The position numbers and the translations under genes are program-made. From NCBI GenBank assembly GCA_947258515.1, contig CAMYIO010000001.1, forward strand, positions 9,373 through 73,372: DNA of 64,000 nt. Reading direction: 5' to 3'. The notes under the pieces were generated by a model. That model was given only the letters and a program-made list of their open reading frames with translations, had not been told where the DNA came from and ran no database searches. Below are positions 11,242-23,030 of this stretch, piece after piece. The DNA comes from an uncultured Ectothiorhodospiraceae bacterium (GTDB lineage: Bacteria > Pseudomonadota > Gammaproteobacteria > UBA9214). Numbering within the stretch: the stretch's first letter is position 1; every line of letters starts with the position of its first letter.

Positions 11242-11994
11242 TCAGGGTTGCAGCCGGGTCGCATCCAGACGTCGGATGCTGAAACCGATAAAAAGCACGA
11301 TTAGCAGCAGGTAATAGGCAACATCCGTGCTGTTAAACAGTCCCTTCAACAGCGGTTCGTAATGGCGCAGCATCGACAGGTAGGCAAGAGCATTGGCGCC
11401 ATCCATCTGGCCATTACCCGCCCAGTCAATGATCCACAACAGCAACAGCAGGCCAAAGGTGGTGACGGCCGCAACGGTGGGTTGTTCGGTTAGTGATGAC
11501 ATGTACACGCCGATGGCCGCGAAGGACGCGACCACCAGGATCAGGCCGAGCATGCCGGCGGCCAGCTTGCCGAGGTCCAGCTCGGTGCCGGCCAGCAGCG
11601 ACAGTGGCATCAGTGCCAGCAGTGCCAGCAGGATGATGAAGAAGGACAGCACCCCGAGGTATTTGCCGACCACGATTTCAGTCATCGAAACCGGTGCCGA
11701 GAGCAGCAGGCTGAGGGTGCGGCTGCGGCGTTCCTCGCTGAGGACACGCATGGTCACCAGCGGTGTGATCAGCAGCAGTACTACCGCGGCATCGGCGAAC
11801 AGCGGTGCCACCACGATATCCGCGACACCCGGTGCGCCATCCAGGGCGGCCAGCCGCGGTTGCAGGTTAATGTAGGCCTCGATCTGCGACAGGAACAGGT
11901 AAGCGAGGATGAACAGGGTCACCGCCAGGATGCTCCAGGCGAGAGGCGACAGGAACAGGCTGCGTAGTTCGCGTGCAGCGATGGTAAATATCAT
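11242..11994 (-). CDS. ABC-2 family permease (GldF-like)
   Basis: About six predicted TM helices. It is coupled to the upstream ATPase; the stop of the ATPase at 11994 is also the first base of this gene. Confidence 0.7.
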   Translation of the reverse strand: MIFTIAARELRSLFLSPLAWSILAVTLFILAYLFLSQIEAYINLQPRLAALDGAPGVADIVVAPLFADAAVVLLLITPLVTMRVLSEERRSRTLSLLLSAPVSMTEIVVGKYLGVLSFFIILLALLALMPLSLLAGTELDLGKLAAGMLGLILVVASFAAIGVYMSSLTEQPTVAAVTTFGLLLLLWIIDWAGNGQMDGANALAYLSMLRHYEPLLKGLFNSTDVAYYLLLIVLFIGFSIRRLDATRLQP

Positions 11995-12941
11995 CAGGCA
12001 GCGTCCTCGTGCGGGTGCGTGTCGCTGCAGGTGAGTTCAATGAATATCTGTTCCAGCGTGCGCCGCTCGGGTGCCAGTTCATGCAGGCGCCAGTGATGCG
12101 TGACCGATTGCTCGGCCAGCGCCTCCGCCGGATCCGTGTCGCTGTAGTGGATGCGTATGCGGCCATCAGCGAGTTGCTCGGCGTTGTCCACGCCGTTTAC
12201 CTGCAGCAGGCTGCCGATGTCCGGCGGGTTGTTGAATGCCACGAGCAGTGAGTTTGTGTTCAGGTGTTGCTCCATCCCGGCGGTGGAGTCCGTGAACACC
12301 AGTTTTCCATGATGAATGATTTGCACGCGGTTACAGGTGGCCTGTACTTCCGGCAGGATGTGTGTCGACAGGATAATACCGTGATCCCTGCCGAGCTCGC
12401 AGATCAGCGCCCGTATCTCGCGGATCTGAATCGGGTCGAGGCCAACCGTCGGTTCATCGAGGATGACCACTGCCGGGTTGTGAATGATGGCTTGTGCAAT
12501 ACCGACACGCTGTTGATAACCCTTGGACAGGTTACCGATCAGGCGCCGCCCGACATCGCCCAGGCCGCAGCGATCTTTCGCAGTGTCCAGCGCAACAGCG
12601 ATGTTACCGCGGGGGATACGATTCAGCCTGGCGCAATAGTGCAGGTATTCATCTACGGTCAGTTCCCGGTATACCGGCGGTTGCTCGGGCAGATAGCCGA
12701 TCGCCTGCTTGGCCTGCCTCGGCTGGTCGAGCAGGTCGATACCGGCGATGCAGATCTGACCTGCATTCGGGGCAAGATTGCCGGTGATCAACTGCATGGT
12801 GCTGGTTTTGCCCGCGCCATTGGGACCCAGGAAGCCCAGTACCTCACCCTTGGCCAGATCAAAGCTGACATCGCTGACGGCACAGGTCAGGCTGTAATAG
12901 CGCGTCAGGTGCTCGATATGAACCAGGGCTTGAGTCGACAT
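11994..12941 (-). CDS. ABC transporter ATP-binding protein (GldA-like)
   Basis: Walker A (GPNGAGKTST), the ABC signature (LSKGYQQRV) and Walker B (ILDEPTVGLD) are present. The start is taken at MSTQALVHIE; the track ORF extends further upstream. Confidence 0.85.
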   Translation of the reverse strand: MSTQALVHIEHLTRYYSLTCAVSDVSFDLAKGEVLGFLGPNGAGKTSTMQLITGNLAPNAGQICIAGIDLLDQPRQAKQAIGYLPEQPPVYRELTVDEYLHYCARLNRIPRGNIAVALDTAKDRCGLGDVGRRLIGNLSKGYQQRVGIAQAIIHNPAVVILDEPTVGLDPIQIREIRALICELGRDHGIILSTHILPEVQATCNRVQIIHHGKLVFTDSTAGMEQHLNTNSLLVAFNNPPDIGSLLQVNGVDNAEQLADGRIRIHYSDTDPAEALAEQSVTHHWRLHELAPERRTLEQIFIELTCSDTHPHEDAA

Positions 12942-13021
12942 GGTGCGTATTATTGCGTTTGCGTCCGTGATTACAAGCCGACAGGGGGATATGATAGTAC
13001 GGCAGCACGCTGCACTAAACA

Positions 13022-15010
13022 ATGAACATTCCTGATAGCACACAAGCGCGGGCGTGGCTCGGCATCGATACCGGCGGTACCTTTACCGACTTCGTGTTTT
13101 TCGACGGCCAGCGCTTGCGTATCCACAAGGTGCTGTCGACACCACAGGCACCCGAGCAGGCCATCCTGCAGGGCATCCGGGAGCTGGGCGTGTCCATGGC
13201 CGGTTTGCAGGTCGTGCATGGCTCGACCGTGGCGACCAATGCGGTACTGGAGCGCAAGGGTGTGCGCACGCTGTATGTCACCAACCGCGGTCTCGGTGAT
13301 GTGTTGACAATAGGCCGGCAGGCACGCCGGGAACTCTATAACCTGCAGCCGCAACCCCGGCCTCCACCGGTGCCGCGCGACTGTTGCATCGAGGTCGCTG
13401 CGCGCATCGCTGCCGACGGGCAGCGCATCAGCGAGTTAACCGCAGCTGACCGGGAGGCGCTGCTGCAGGCAATACGGGAACTTCAACCCGATGCCGTTGC
13501 CATCAACCTGCTGTTCTCTTTCATCGATGACAGTGATGAGCGTGCCATTGAGCGCTGGCTGCCGGAAGAACTGTTCGTATCAAGGTCTTCACAGGTATTG
13601 CCGGAATACAGGGAATATGAACGCGGCATTGCCACCTGGCTGAATGCCTGGATTGGACCGCTGGTTGCCGGCTACCTGGCGCGCCTGAATAACGCACTGG
13701 CACCGGCACCGGTCGCCGTCATGCAGAGTTCGGGTGGCACCGTGAGTGCGGCAAGGGCCGGCGAGAAGGCGGTGCAGCTGCTGCTGTCCGGTCCGGCAGG
13801 CGGCTTGATGGGCGCGCGCTTCATCGGCGAGCAGACACAGCAGTCGCAGTTTTTGACCTTCGATATGGGCGGAACCTCAACGGATGTTGCGCTGATTGAT
13901 GGCGCCATTACCCTGACCTCGGAAGGCCATATTGGCCCCTGGCCCGTGGCGGTACCGATGGTGGATATGCATACCATCGGTGCGGGCGGCGGCTCTATTG
14001 CCAGCATCGACAGCGGTGGATTGCTGCAGGTCGGTCCTGAATCTGCAGGTGCGATGCCGGGTCCGGCCTGTTACGGATATGGTGGCGCTGCAGCGACGGT
14101 CACCGATGCCAATCTGGTGCTGGGACGCTTGCAGCCGCAGGCCTTCCTGGGTGGCGCCATGTCGCTGGACGTGGCGGCCGCAACAGCGGCAGTGATGGCC
14201 ATTGCAGAGCAGCTGCACATCAGTCTCGAGGCAGCTGCGCAGGGTATTATCACGCTCGCCAACGAACACATGGCACAGGCGCTGCGCGTCATTTCAGTAC
14301 AGCGTGGCATCGATCCGCGCCCCTACAGGCTGGTGTCGTTTGGCGGTGCCGGTGGCCTGCATGTCTGTGCGCTGGCCGATGCACTGGGTATGCGCAGGGC
14401 GCTGGTACCGATCCATGCCGGTGTGCTGTCGGCGCTGGGTATGCTGGCCGCGCCGCGCAGCCGGCAATTATCGCGAACGCTTACCGGTGTACTGGCCGGT
14501 TTTGCCGGGGACGCATTAACCGGGAAATTACAGCGACTGGCTGCAGGCGGCACACAGGAATTAATCGCCGAGGGGATTGCGGCGGCCGACATCGAAACGG
14601 ATTTCAGCCTGGACCTGCGCTACCAGGGACAGTCCTATACACTGAACCTGCCCTGGCAGGGGGTGACGGCTACGTCGTCCGCCTTTCATGCGGCCCATGA
14701 AAAACGCTACGGCCATCGTCTTGCCGCGGCCGTTGAACTGGTCAACCTGCGTTGCGGCCTGCGGGCCAGTCCGCCGCCGCTGCATTTGCCGCTACTTGTC
14801 GAGCGTGCCGCTGAGGGGCAGGAGCCGCCGCGGGCCAGTCTGGCCGGTGTCAGTGAGGCCGTGCCGGTGTGGTCGCGAAGTGCCCTGTGCGCCGGCCAGG
14901 AATTTGCGGGCCCGGCACTGGTGACGGAAACGGTGGCGACGACCTGGTTGCCGGCTGGCTGGCACTGTCGCGTCGATCCGCTCGGGAATCTATTGCTTGA
15001 GCGTTGCTAG
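13022..15010 (+). CDS. Hydantoinase/oxoprolinase A-family protein (HyuA-like), no B subunit adjacent
   Basis: It has the N-terminal hydantoinase fold motif GIDTGGTFTDFV, followed by actin-like ATPase motifs (FDMGGTSTD, GAGGGS). The size is 662 aa. Confidence 0.8.
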   Translation: MNIPDSTQARAWLGIDTGGTFTDFVFFDGQRLRIHKVLSTPQAPEQAILQGIRELGVSMAGLQVVHGSTVATNAVLERKGVRTLYVTNRGLGDVLTIGRQARRELYNLQPQPRPPPVPRDCCIEVAARIAADGQRISELTAADREALLQAIRELQPDAVAINLLFSFIDDSDERAIERWLPEELFVSRSSQVLPEYREYERGIATWLNAWIGPLVAGYLARLNNALAPAPVAVMQSSGGTVSAARAGEKAVQLLLSGPAGGLMGARFIGEQTQQSQFLTFDMGGTSTDVALIDGAITLTSEGHIGPWPVAVPMVDMHTIGAGGGSIASIDSGGLLQVGPESAGAMPGPACYGYGGAAATVTDANLVLGRLQPQAFLGGAMSLDVAAATAAVMAIAEQLHISLEAAAQGIITLANEHMAQALRVISVQRGIDPRPYRLVSFGGAGGLHVCALADALGMRRALVPIHAGVLSALGMLAAPRSRQLSRTLTGVLAGFAGDALTGKLQRLAAGGTQELIAEGIAAADIETDFSLDLRYQGQSYTLNLPWQGVTATSSAFHAAHEKRYGHRLAAAVELVNLRCGLRASPPPLHLPLLVERAAEGQEPPRASLAGVSEAVPVWSRSALCAGQEFAGPALVTETVATTWLPAGWHCRVDPLGNLLLERC

Positions 15011-15051
15011 TACAATTCGCGGATGCGATCCGCTCTACACTATTCAGCCAA

Positions 15052-15077
15052 CAAAAAACCCGGCATGGCCGGGTTTC
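15052..15077. terminator. Bidirectional intrinsic terminator (A6-CCCGGC-atg-GCCGGG-TTT)
   Basis: A GC hairpin is flanked by A6 on one side and T-rich sequence on the other. It sits between the convergent hydantoinase (+) and rpmG (-). Confidence 0.6.
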
Positions 15078-15091
15078 TTCTGGCGGCTGTT

Positions 15092-15258
15092 GACTATCAG
15101 CCTATTTGATCTTTGCTTCCTTGTAGGGCACGTGCTTGCGCACCACCGGATCGAATTTCTTGATTTCCATTTTTTCCGGCATGTTCCGCTTGTTCTTGGT
15201 AGTCGTGTAATAGTGACCGGTGCCGGCGCTGGAGACGAGTTTGATTTTGTCACGCATG
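15092..15258 (-). CDS. rpmG: 50S ribosomal protein L33
   Basis: My own translation gives [51 protein letters not shown]. The track ORF at this locus is in a different, spurious frame. Confidence 0.92.
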
Positions 15259-15268
15259 ATGTCAGCTC

Positions 15269-15505
15269 CTAGACCTTTTCGCCGCGCGCACGCAGGTCGG
15301 TGAGTACGTTCTCAATGCCCAGCTTGTCGATAATGCGCATGCCCTTGGCAGATACACGCAGTTTCACGAAGCGCTTTTCCGCGGCCACCCAGAAGCGGTG
15401 TTCATGCAGGTTGGGCAGGAAGCGACGACGGGTTCTGTTTTTGGCGTGGGACACGTTATTGCCGCTTTGCGGACGTTTACCCGTGACCTGACATACTCTG
15501 GACAT
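15269..15505 (-). CDS. rpmB: 50S ribosomal protein L28
   Basis: The protein reads [33 protein letters not shown]... (78 aa). An AGG-containing RBS is present. The start is internal to the track ORF. Confidence 0.92.
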   Translation of the reverse strand: MSRVCQVTGKRPQSGNNVSHAKNRTRRRFLPNLHEHRFWVAAEKRFVKLRVSAKGMRIIDKLGIENVLTDLRARGEKV

Positions 15506-15520
15506 TGCTTTAAACCTCGT

Positions 15521-15549
15521 AAAAAAAGCCCGCCAACAGCGGGAAGGGC
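15521..15549 (-). terminator. Terminator-like hairpin plus U7 abutting the rpmB RBS (minus strand: GCCCTTCCCGC-tgttg-GCGGGC-TTTTTTT)
   Basis: Read from the sequence. It could be the radC terminator or an rpmB leader/attenuator. Confidence 0.45.
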
Positions 15550-15668
15550 GCACTTTATACCAGAAACAGGCACGTCTGACAAGGCGGGCGGGTATCTGCT
15601 TATGCCGCAACCGCGATTAAAATCAATGACATGCGAGAATGGCGCTGATGAATCTGTCATCCTGTGGC

Positions 15669-16343
15669 TCAGATCAGTCCCCGTTCGGCAAATGAGACGC
15701 CGCAGCCATCACCCACGACGACATGGTCAAGCACCCGTACGTCAACCAGTGTCAGTGCGTCCACCAGCCGGCGAGTCAGCTGCACATCGGCGCGGCTCGG
15801 CTCGGCGATGCCGGAGGGGTGATTGTGTGCGAGTATAATGGCCGCTGCATTGTGATGCAGGGCGCGTCGTACCACTTCACGGGGATGCACACTGGCGCCA
15901 TCTATGGTGCCGCGGAACAGTTCCTCAAAATCGATCACCCGGTGGCGGTTGTCCAGAAACAGGCAGGCGAACACCTCGTAAGGCAGGTGTCGCAAGCGGC
16001 TGGAAAGGAATTGGCGGGTCACGTCCGGATTTTCCAGTATGTCTCCACGCTGCATCTGTTCCTGCAGGTGGCGCCGTGCCATCTCCATGACTGCCTGCAG
16101 TTGCGCGTACTTGGCTTCCCCGAGACCGTGGTGGCTGCAAAAGTGTTGCCGGCTTGCCTCCAGTAACGGCCGCAGGCCGCCAAAATCAGTCAGCAAGTCG
16201 CGCGCCAGATCAACGGCCGTTTTACCCGCTACCCCGGTGCGCAGGAAGATGGCAAGTAACTCGGCATCCGACAAGACAGTCGCGCCCCGGCTGAGCAGTT
16301 TCTCACGTGGCCGTTCAGCGGCGGGCCAGTCCCGTATGCTGTG
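15669..16343 (-). CDS. radC: RadC-family JAB-domain protein (UPF0758)
   Basis: It has the JAMM motif region HNHPSG and an N-terminal helix-hairpin-helix ([14 protein letters not shown]). The start is taken at MHSIRDW. Confidence 0.85.
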   Translation of the reverse strand, partial: HSIRDWPAAERPREKLLSRGATVLSDAELLAIFLRTGVAGKTAVDLARDLLTDFGGLRPLLEASRQHFCSHHGLGEAKYAQLQAVMEMARRHLQEQMQRGDILENPDVTRQFLSSRLRHLPYEVFACLFLDNRHRVIDFEELFRGTIDGASVHPREVVRRALHHNAAAIILAHNHPSGIAEPSRADVQLTRRLVDALTLVDVRVLDHVVVGDGCGVSFAERGLI

Positions 16344-16500
16344 CATGGTTTCTATATATGCCACAGAAAACAGGGCGTACACAGAGGGAGAATGCGCTGC
16401 TGTATGTAGGCCGTGGCGGACTGCCAGGACACAATCCGACAGGCGGCGCGCTTGTCACCACTACCCCCGCCACAAACAATCATCTGCTAAACTGCTGCGC

Positions 16501-17784
16501 ATGAACGGGCTATCCGGAAAACACATTCTGCTCGGCGTCACCGGCGGTATTGCCGCCTACAAGAGCGCTGAGCTGGTGCGGCAACTGCGCCAGCAGGGGG
16601 CCGAGGTGCGCGTGGTCATGACGGCGGCGGCCATGGAGTTTGTGACTCCGCTGACTTTCCAGGCCTTGTCCGGGCATCCGGTGCACCTCGATCTGCTGGA
16701 TACCGGGGCGGAAGCGGCCATGGGGCATATCGAGCTGGCGCGCTGGGCGGATACGCTGCTGATAGCGCCTGCCACAGCGGATTTTATTGCCCGCATAGTG
16801 TCGGGGCGCGCCGATGATTTGTTGACGGCCGTGTGTCTGGCCTGTGATGCCGCCGTTGCCGTTGCGCCGGCCATGAACAGTGTCATGTGGGGCAATCCGG
16901 CCACAGCGAATAATATCCTGACCCTGGAAAAACGCGGTGTGCGGATTCTGGGCCCTGCCGAGGGAAGCCTGGCCTGCGGTGAAAGCGGCCCCGGCAGGAT
17001 GCTGGAGCCTGCGCAACTGGTGAGCGCGGTAACAGCCTTGTTCAATACAGGCCTGCTTGCCGGCCGGCGGGTGCTGGTAACCGCCGGACCGACCCGCGAG
17101 GCCATCGACCCGGTACGCTACATCAGTAACCGCAGTTCCGGACGCATGGGTTTTGCCGTGGCGACTGCTGCGGCCGAGGCAGGTGCGAACGTCGTGCTGG
17201 TCAGCGGCCCGGTGAGCCTGACGACACCGGCGCGGGTACGGCGTATCGATGTCGAGAGTGCCGCCGAGATGCATGCGGCCGTCATGAATGACATCGCGTA
17301 CTGTGACATATTTATCAGTGTCGCGGCCGTCGCCGATTACCGGCCGGCAATCACTGCACAGCAGAAGCTGAAGAAAACCGCAGCGACATTGTCGCTGGAA
17401 TTGACGCGTAACCCGGACATTCTCGCGGCTGTGGCGGCTTTGCCCGATGCGCCATTTTGCGTCGGCTTTGCGGCGGAAACGCAAGCCATTGATAGCAATG
17501 CCCGGGAGAAGATGCGGGCAAAAAATCTCGACATGATTGCCGCCAATGCTGTCGGGCAGCAGCAGGGTTTTGACCAGGAAGACAATGCACTGCATGTGCT
17601 GTGGGCGCAGGGTGAGCAGCAGCTGGCCCTGACGGGCAAGGCCAAACTGGCACGGCAGCTGGTTGCGATCATTGCCGAACGCCTCGAAAATACAACCCGC
17701 AGTGAAACGAAAACCCGCCAGCAAAAGGTAGTCAGGATTCATGCAAAAGATTCAACTCAAGATTCTCGATCAACGCCTCGGTAA
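16501..17784 (+). CDS. coaBC: Bifunctional phosphopantothenoylcysteine decarboxylase/synthetase
   Basis: The N-terminal flavoprotein domain has [13 protein letters not shown]. The C-terminal CoaB domain has [10 protein letters not shown]. The start is at MNGLSGK; the track ORF has a long spurious upstream extension. Confidence 0.88.
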   Translation: MNGLSGKHILLGVTGGIAAYKSAELVRQLRQQGAEVRVVMTAAAMEFVTPLTFQALSGHPVHLDLLDTGAEAAMGHIELARWADTLLIAPATADFIARIVSGRADDLLTAVCLACDAAVAVAPAMNSVMWGNPATANNILTLEKRGVRILGPAEGSLACGESGPGRMLEPAQLVSAVTALFNTGLLAGRRVLVTAGPTREAIDPVRYISNRSSGRMGFAVATAAAEAGANVVLVSGPVSLTTPARVRRIDVESAAEMHAAVMNDIAYCDIFISVAAVADYRPAITAQQKLKKTAATLSLELTRNPDILAAVAALPDAPFCVGFAAETQAIDSNAREKMRAKNLDMIAANAVGQQQGFDQEDNALHVLWAQGEQQLALTGKAKLARQLVAIIAERLENTTRSETKTRQQKVVRIHAKDSTQDSRSTPR

Positions 17785-18196
17785 CGAATTTCCCCTGCCG
17801 CATTATGCAACGGATGGCTCCGCCGGCATGGATATGCGTGCCTGCCTGGATGCGCCACTGGCAATGGCAGCGGGTGACACGCAGCTGATCCCCACCGGGC
17901 TGGCGATTCATGTGGCCGACGCCGGACTTGCGGCGGTACTGTTACCGCGCTCGGGTTTGGGACACAAGCATGGCATAGTCCTTGGCAACCTGGTGGGACT
18001 GATCGATTCCGACTACCAGGGCCAGGTGTTTGTTTCCTGCTGGAATCGTGGGACAGAAACCTTCACTATCCAGCCGGGCGAGCGAATCGCGCAGATGGTG
18101 ATCGTGCCGGTGGTGCATGCAGACTTTGAAATTGTCGAGGATTTTATTGTCAGTGATCGCGGCGCGGGCGGTTTCGGACATTCGGGGCGTCATTAG
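17741..18196 (+). CDS. dut: dUTP diphosphatase
   Basis: It is near-identical in pattern to the enteric Dut: ...KILDxRxGxEFPLPxYAT.GSAGxD...[24 protein letters not shown]...GGFGHSGR. It overlaps the coaBC 3' end by 44 nt. Confidence 0.93.
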   Translation: MQKIQLKILDQRLGNEFPLPHYATDGSAGMDMRACLDAPLAMAAGDTQLIPTGLAIHVADAGLAAVLLPRSGLGHKHGIVLGNLVGLIDSDYQGQVFVSCWNRGTETFTIQPGERIAQMVIVPVVHADFEIVEDFIVSDRGAGGFGHSGRH

Positions 18197-18293
18197 TGTC
18201 AACTAACCACCCCGCCTTGCCGATACCATGCTACTGGTAGTCTTCCCGGTTTCTTAAAGTAAACACAAGGACTTAGAGTCTGTTTTCATTGAC

Positions 18294-20933
18294 ATGAAGT
18301 TATCACTTCCCGGTTTTTTACGTCGCGACAAATCAGCAAATGATCAGCCGGTTTCGAAGCCGATGCCGCAGCTTGCGGGTGACATCAAACCCGCGAGCGT
18401 GGGCAAGGTACGCTTCCAGTTACTGCTTGCGGGCGTGGTGTTACTCGGGGTGCTGGCGGCTTTTATTTTCCAGCTGATGTCCGGCCACATATTGCGTGCC
18501 ACGGCGCAGCAATCAAAAATCACCACGCAACAGGTCGCGCTGCGAGTAGCGGCGATGGCAGATTACTATGGCTCAACAGCTGCCTTGCTGGCCAGGGATC
18601 CGGATCTTGCCTATCTGTTAATGGTCGGTAACGAGTCAGCCCTGCAGTCCCGGGAGGAATCCCTGCGCTACGTGTTTCCGAAGGCGATTAATGTCCAGCT
18701 GCTGCCCCCCGGCATTACCGCAGTGGACAAGAATGCCTCGCCACCGTTGCGTCATGCTGCCCTGGCACAGATGCGCGCAGCGGAAGCCGCTGAAGGTGAG
18801 CCACCCATAGAGGTGCACCTGTTCAACACGCCGCAGCAGCATATCAATATCGCTCACCGTGTCGTGGATCCGGCCGGTAGCGTTGTGGTCGGACACTTGA
18901 TGGTGTCCCTGTCGGCCGATGTGTTGCAGAACATCCTGGATGAAATACGGGAGCTGGATGGCTATATCGAAGTGCAACAGGATGGTGGCAAGGGCGCCCC
19001 GGTGGTCATTGCCCGCTTTGGCGAACAGTCGCTAAAGCGGGGTGACGCAGACCGGGTGGTACATATAGAGGGCAGTCGCTGGCAAGTGGCCTATTGGCCG
19101 GCCGTCACTGGCCTGGTGGCGCTGGGTGGCATCAGCATGTGGGTGCTGGGCGCTTTTATAGTGTCTGCCGCTGTCCTGGTGGCTTTGATCATCGTCCTGA
19201 TGGGCAGGATCAACAAGGCATTACGCGTCGATCAGGTCAGCATGGTGACCATTATGAAGGATTGCCGCGATGGCCGACCGCGACGTGTGTATCCTTCGGG
19301 GCTGGCGGAATTGCATGAAAGCATCGAGTTCATGATACAGCTGGCAGCTGGCAGCCAGGCCGGGGAGCAATTCACGCCCGCATCACGCGAACAGGATGCA
19401 TCGGATCATGCTGCAGTCGTTGATTCGGGTGATGACAAGGCTGCTCCTGGCAAGGGGGGTGTCGATGAAGGTGTAGCAGCCGATTTCGGTTCTGCGATAC
19501 GCAGTGACAATCTGATACTCGAGGAGGATACACTGTTCATGGAAGCCGATGATGAAATCGTCGATATCGATCCCTCGATATTCAGGGCGTATGATATTCG
19601 TGGTGTTGTTGACCAGTCACTGACCACAACCGCAGTCAGACTGATCGGACGCGCCATCGGCAGTGAGGCGTTGCAGCGCGGACGTGACACCGTCGTTGTC
19701 GGTCGTGACGGCCGCCTGTCAGGCCCGTCGCTGTCAGAGGCCCTGATTTCCGGAATCATATCAACCGGATGTAATGTGAAGGATATAGGCGTCGTACCGA
19801 CGCCGGTACTGTATTTTGCCACCTACTATCTCGATTCCCAGAGCGGTGTGGTGGTGACGGGCAGCCATAATCCTCCGGACTATAACGGCCTGAAGATAGT
19901 GATTGACGGTGAAACCCTGTCTGGTGAATCGATACAGTCACTGCACGAGCGTATCAAGGCGGGAAAATTCATCTTCGGTGAAGGCAGTGTCGAGGAGATC
20001 AATGTCATTCCGGACTACATCGAAAGAATCCGCGGTGACGTCACCGTTGCGCGGCCGCTAAAAGTGGTCGTCGATTGTGGTAACGGCGTTGCCGGTGGCG
20101 TTATACCCCGGTTACTGAAAGGTCTGGGTTGTGAGGTCACCGAGCTGTTCTGCGAGGTCGATGGGAACTTTCCGAATCATCATCCTGATCCAAGCAAGGC
20201 CGAGAACATGCAGGATCTTATCGCCACTGTCGGGGCAGAACAGGCTGATATCGGCCTGGCATTTGATGGCGACGGTGACCGCCTCGGCGTTGTCACGGCT
20301 GATGGCAGGATTATATGGCCGGACCGGGTGTTGATGCTGTACGCCATAGATATCCTGGCACGCAATCCGGGTGGCCAGATTATCTATGATGTAAAGTGCA
20401 CCCGTTACCTGGATGCGATTATTCGTGAACATGGCGGTGAGCCGCTGATGTGGAAGACAGGACATTCATTTATCAAGGCAAAGATCAGGGAAACCGGTGC
20501 ACTGCTGGCCGGTGAAATGAGTGGCCATATTTTTATCAAGGAGCGCTGGTTCGGGTTTGATGATGCCCTCTATGCGGCTGCCCGCCTGCTTGAGATTCTT
20601 GCCAGGGATGAGCGCAGCAGTACCGAGGTGTTCGCCGCGCTGCCTGACAGTGTGAATACTCCTGAGATCAATGTCACCATGCGGGAGGGAGAGCCGCCCG
20701 TATTCATTGAGCAGTTGCTGGACAGCGCCCACTTCGAGGGTGCGACGGTCTCCACCATCGACGGTCTGCGGGCCGACTTCGAGGATGGTTGGGGGCTGGT
20801 GCGTGCATCGAATACCACACCGGTACTGGTATTGCGATTCGAGGCGGATAATGAGGAAGCGCTGGCGCGCATCATGGGTGATTTTCGACGTGTGATGCTG
20901 CAGGTCAACATGCACCTGTCGTTGCCGTTCTGA
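18294..20933 (+). CDS. algC: Phosphomannomutase/phosphoglucomutase (AlgC-type) with ~420-aa N-terminal membrane extension
   Basis: The C-terminal ~460 aa is the alpha-D-phosphohexomutase domain: the active-site Ser loop TGSHNPPDYNG, the metal loop FDGDGDR, and GEMSGH. The N-terminal part has two hydrophobic segments (aa ~44-62 and ~270-300) that flank a ~200-aa domain. Confidence 0.85.
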   Translation: MKLSLPGFLRRDKSANDQPVSKPMPQLAGDIKPASVGKVRFQLLLAGVVLLGVLAAFIFQLMSGHILRATAQQSKITTQQVALRVAAMADYYGSTAALLARDPDLAYLLMVGNESALQSREESLRYVFPKAINVQLLPPGITAVDKNASPPLRHAALAQMRAAEAAEGEPPIEVHLFNTPQQHINIAHRVVDPAGSVVVGHLMVSLSADVLQNILDEIRELDGYIEVQQDGGKGAPVVIARFGEQSLKRGDADRVVHIEGSRWQVAYWPAVTGLVALGGISMWVLGAFIVSAAVLVALIIVLMGRINKALRVDQVSMVTIMKDCRDGRPRRVYPSGLAELHESIEFMIQLAAGSQAGEQFTPASREQDASDHAAVVDSGDDKAAPGKGGVDEGVAADFGSAIRSDNLILEEDTLFMEADDEIVDIDPSIFRAYDIRGVVDQSLTTTAVRLIGRAIGSEALQRGRDTVVVGRDGRLSGPSLSEALISGIISTGCNVKDIGVVPTPVLYFATYYLDSQSGVVVTGSHNPPDYNGLKIVIDGETLSGESIQSLHERIKAGKFIFGEGSVEEINVIPDYIERIRGDVTVARPLKVVVDCGNGVAGGVIPRLLKGLGCEVTELFCEVDGNFPNHHPDPSKAENMQDLIATVGAEQADIGLAFDGDGDRLGVVTADGRIIWPDRVLMLYAIDILARNPGGQIIYDVKCTRYLDAIIREHGGEPLMWKTGHSFIKAKIRETGALLAGEMSGHIFIKERWFGFDDALYAAARLLEILARDERSSTEVFAALPDSVNTPEINVTMREGEPPVFIEQLLDSAHFEGATVSTIDGLRADFEDGWGLVRASNTTPVLVLRFEADNEEALARIMGDFRRVMLQVNMHLSLPF

Positions 20934-20990
20934 TACTTGACTTGTTTGTTTGCCTTTTCACCGCGTACACTCGTGTATCCATTACACTGA

Positions 20991-22948
<1,958 letters not shown>

Positions 22949-23030
22949 GTGTGACGGCTGTCCCGGTGTCATACCCTGTATTGTATCGGCTGATTTTCCT
23001 ATTATAACGTTTCTGCGCAAATCGGGAGTA

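Noticed and set aside
12264-13025. A 253-aa plus-strand ORF opposite the ABC ATPase gene.
   Set aside because: It is antisense to a gene with Walker A/B and ABC signature motifs. It carries no recognisable motifs of its own.
16039-16500. A 154-codon N-terminal extension of the coaBC ORF (the track starts at 16039).
   Set aside because: The extension is Arg/Ser/Cys-rich nonsense that runs antisense through radC. CoaBC homology begins at [16 protein letters not shown] (16501).
16510-17742. A 410-aa minus-strand ORF spanning coaBC.
   Set aside because: It is antisense to a confidently identified gene. It has the Arg/Gly/Pro-rich composition typical of spurious high-GC antisense frames.
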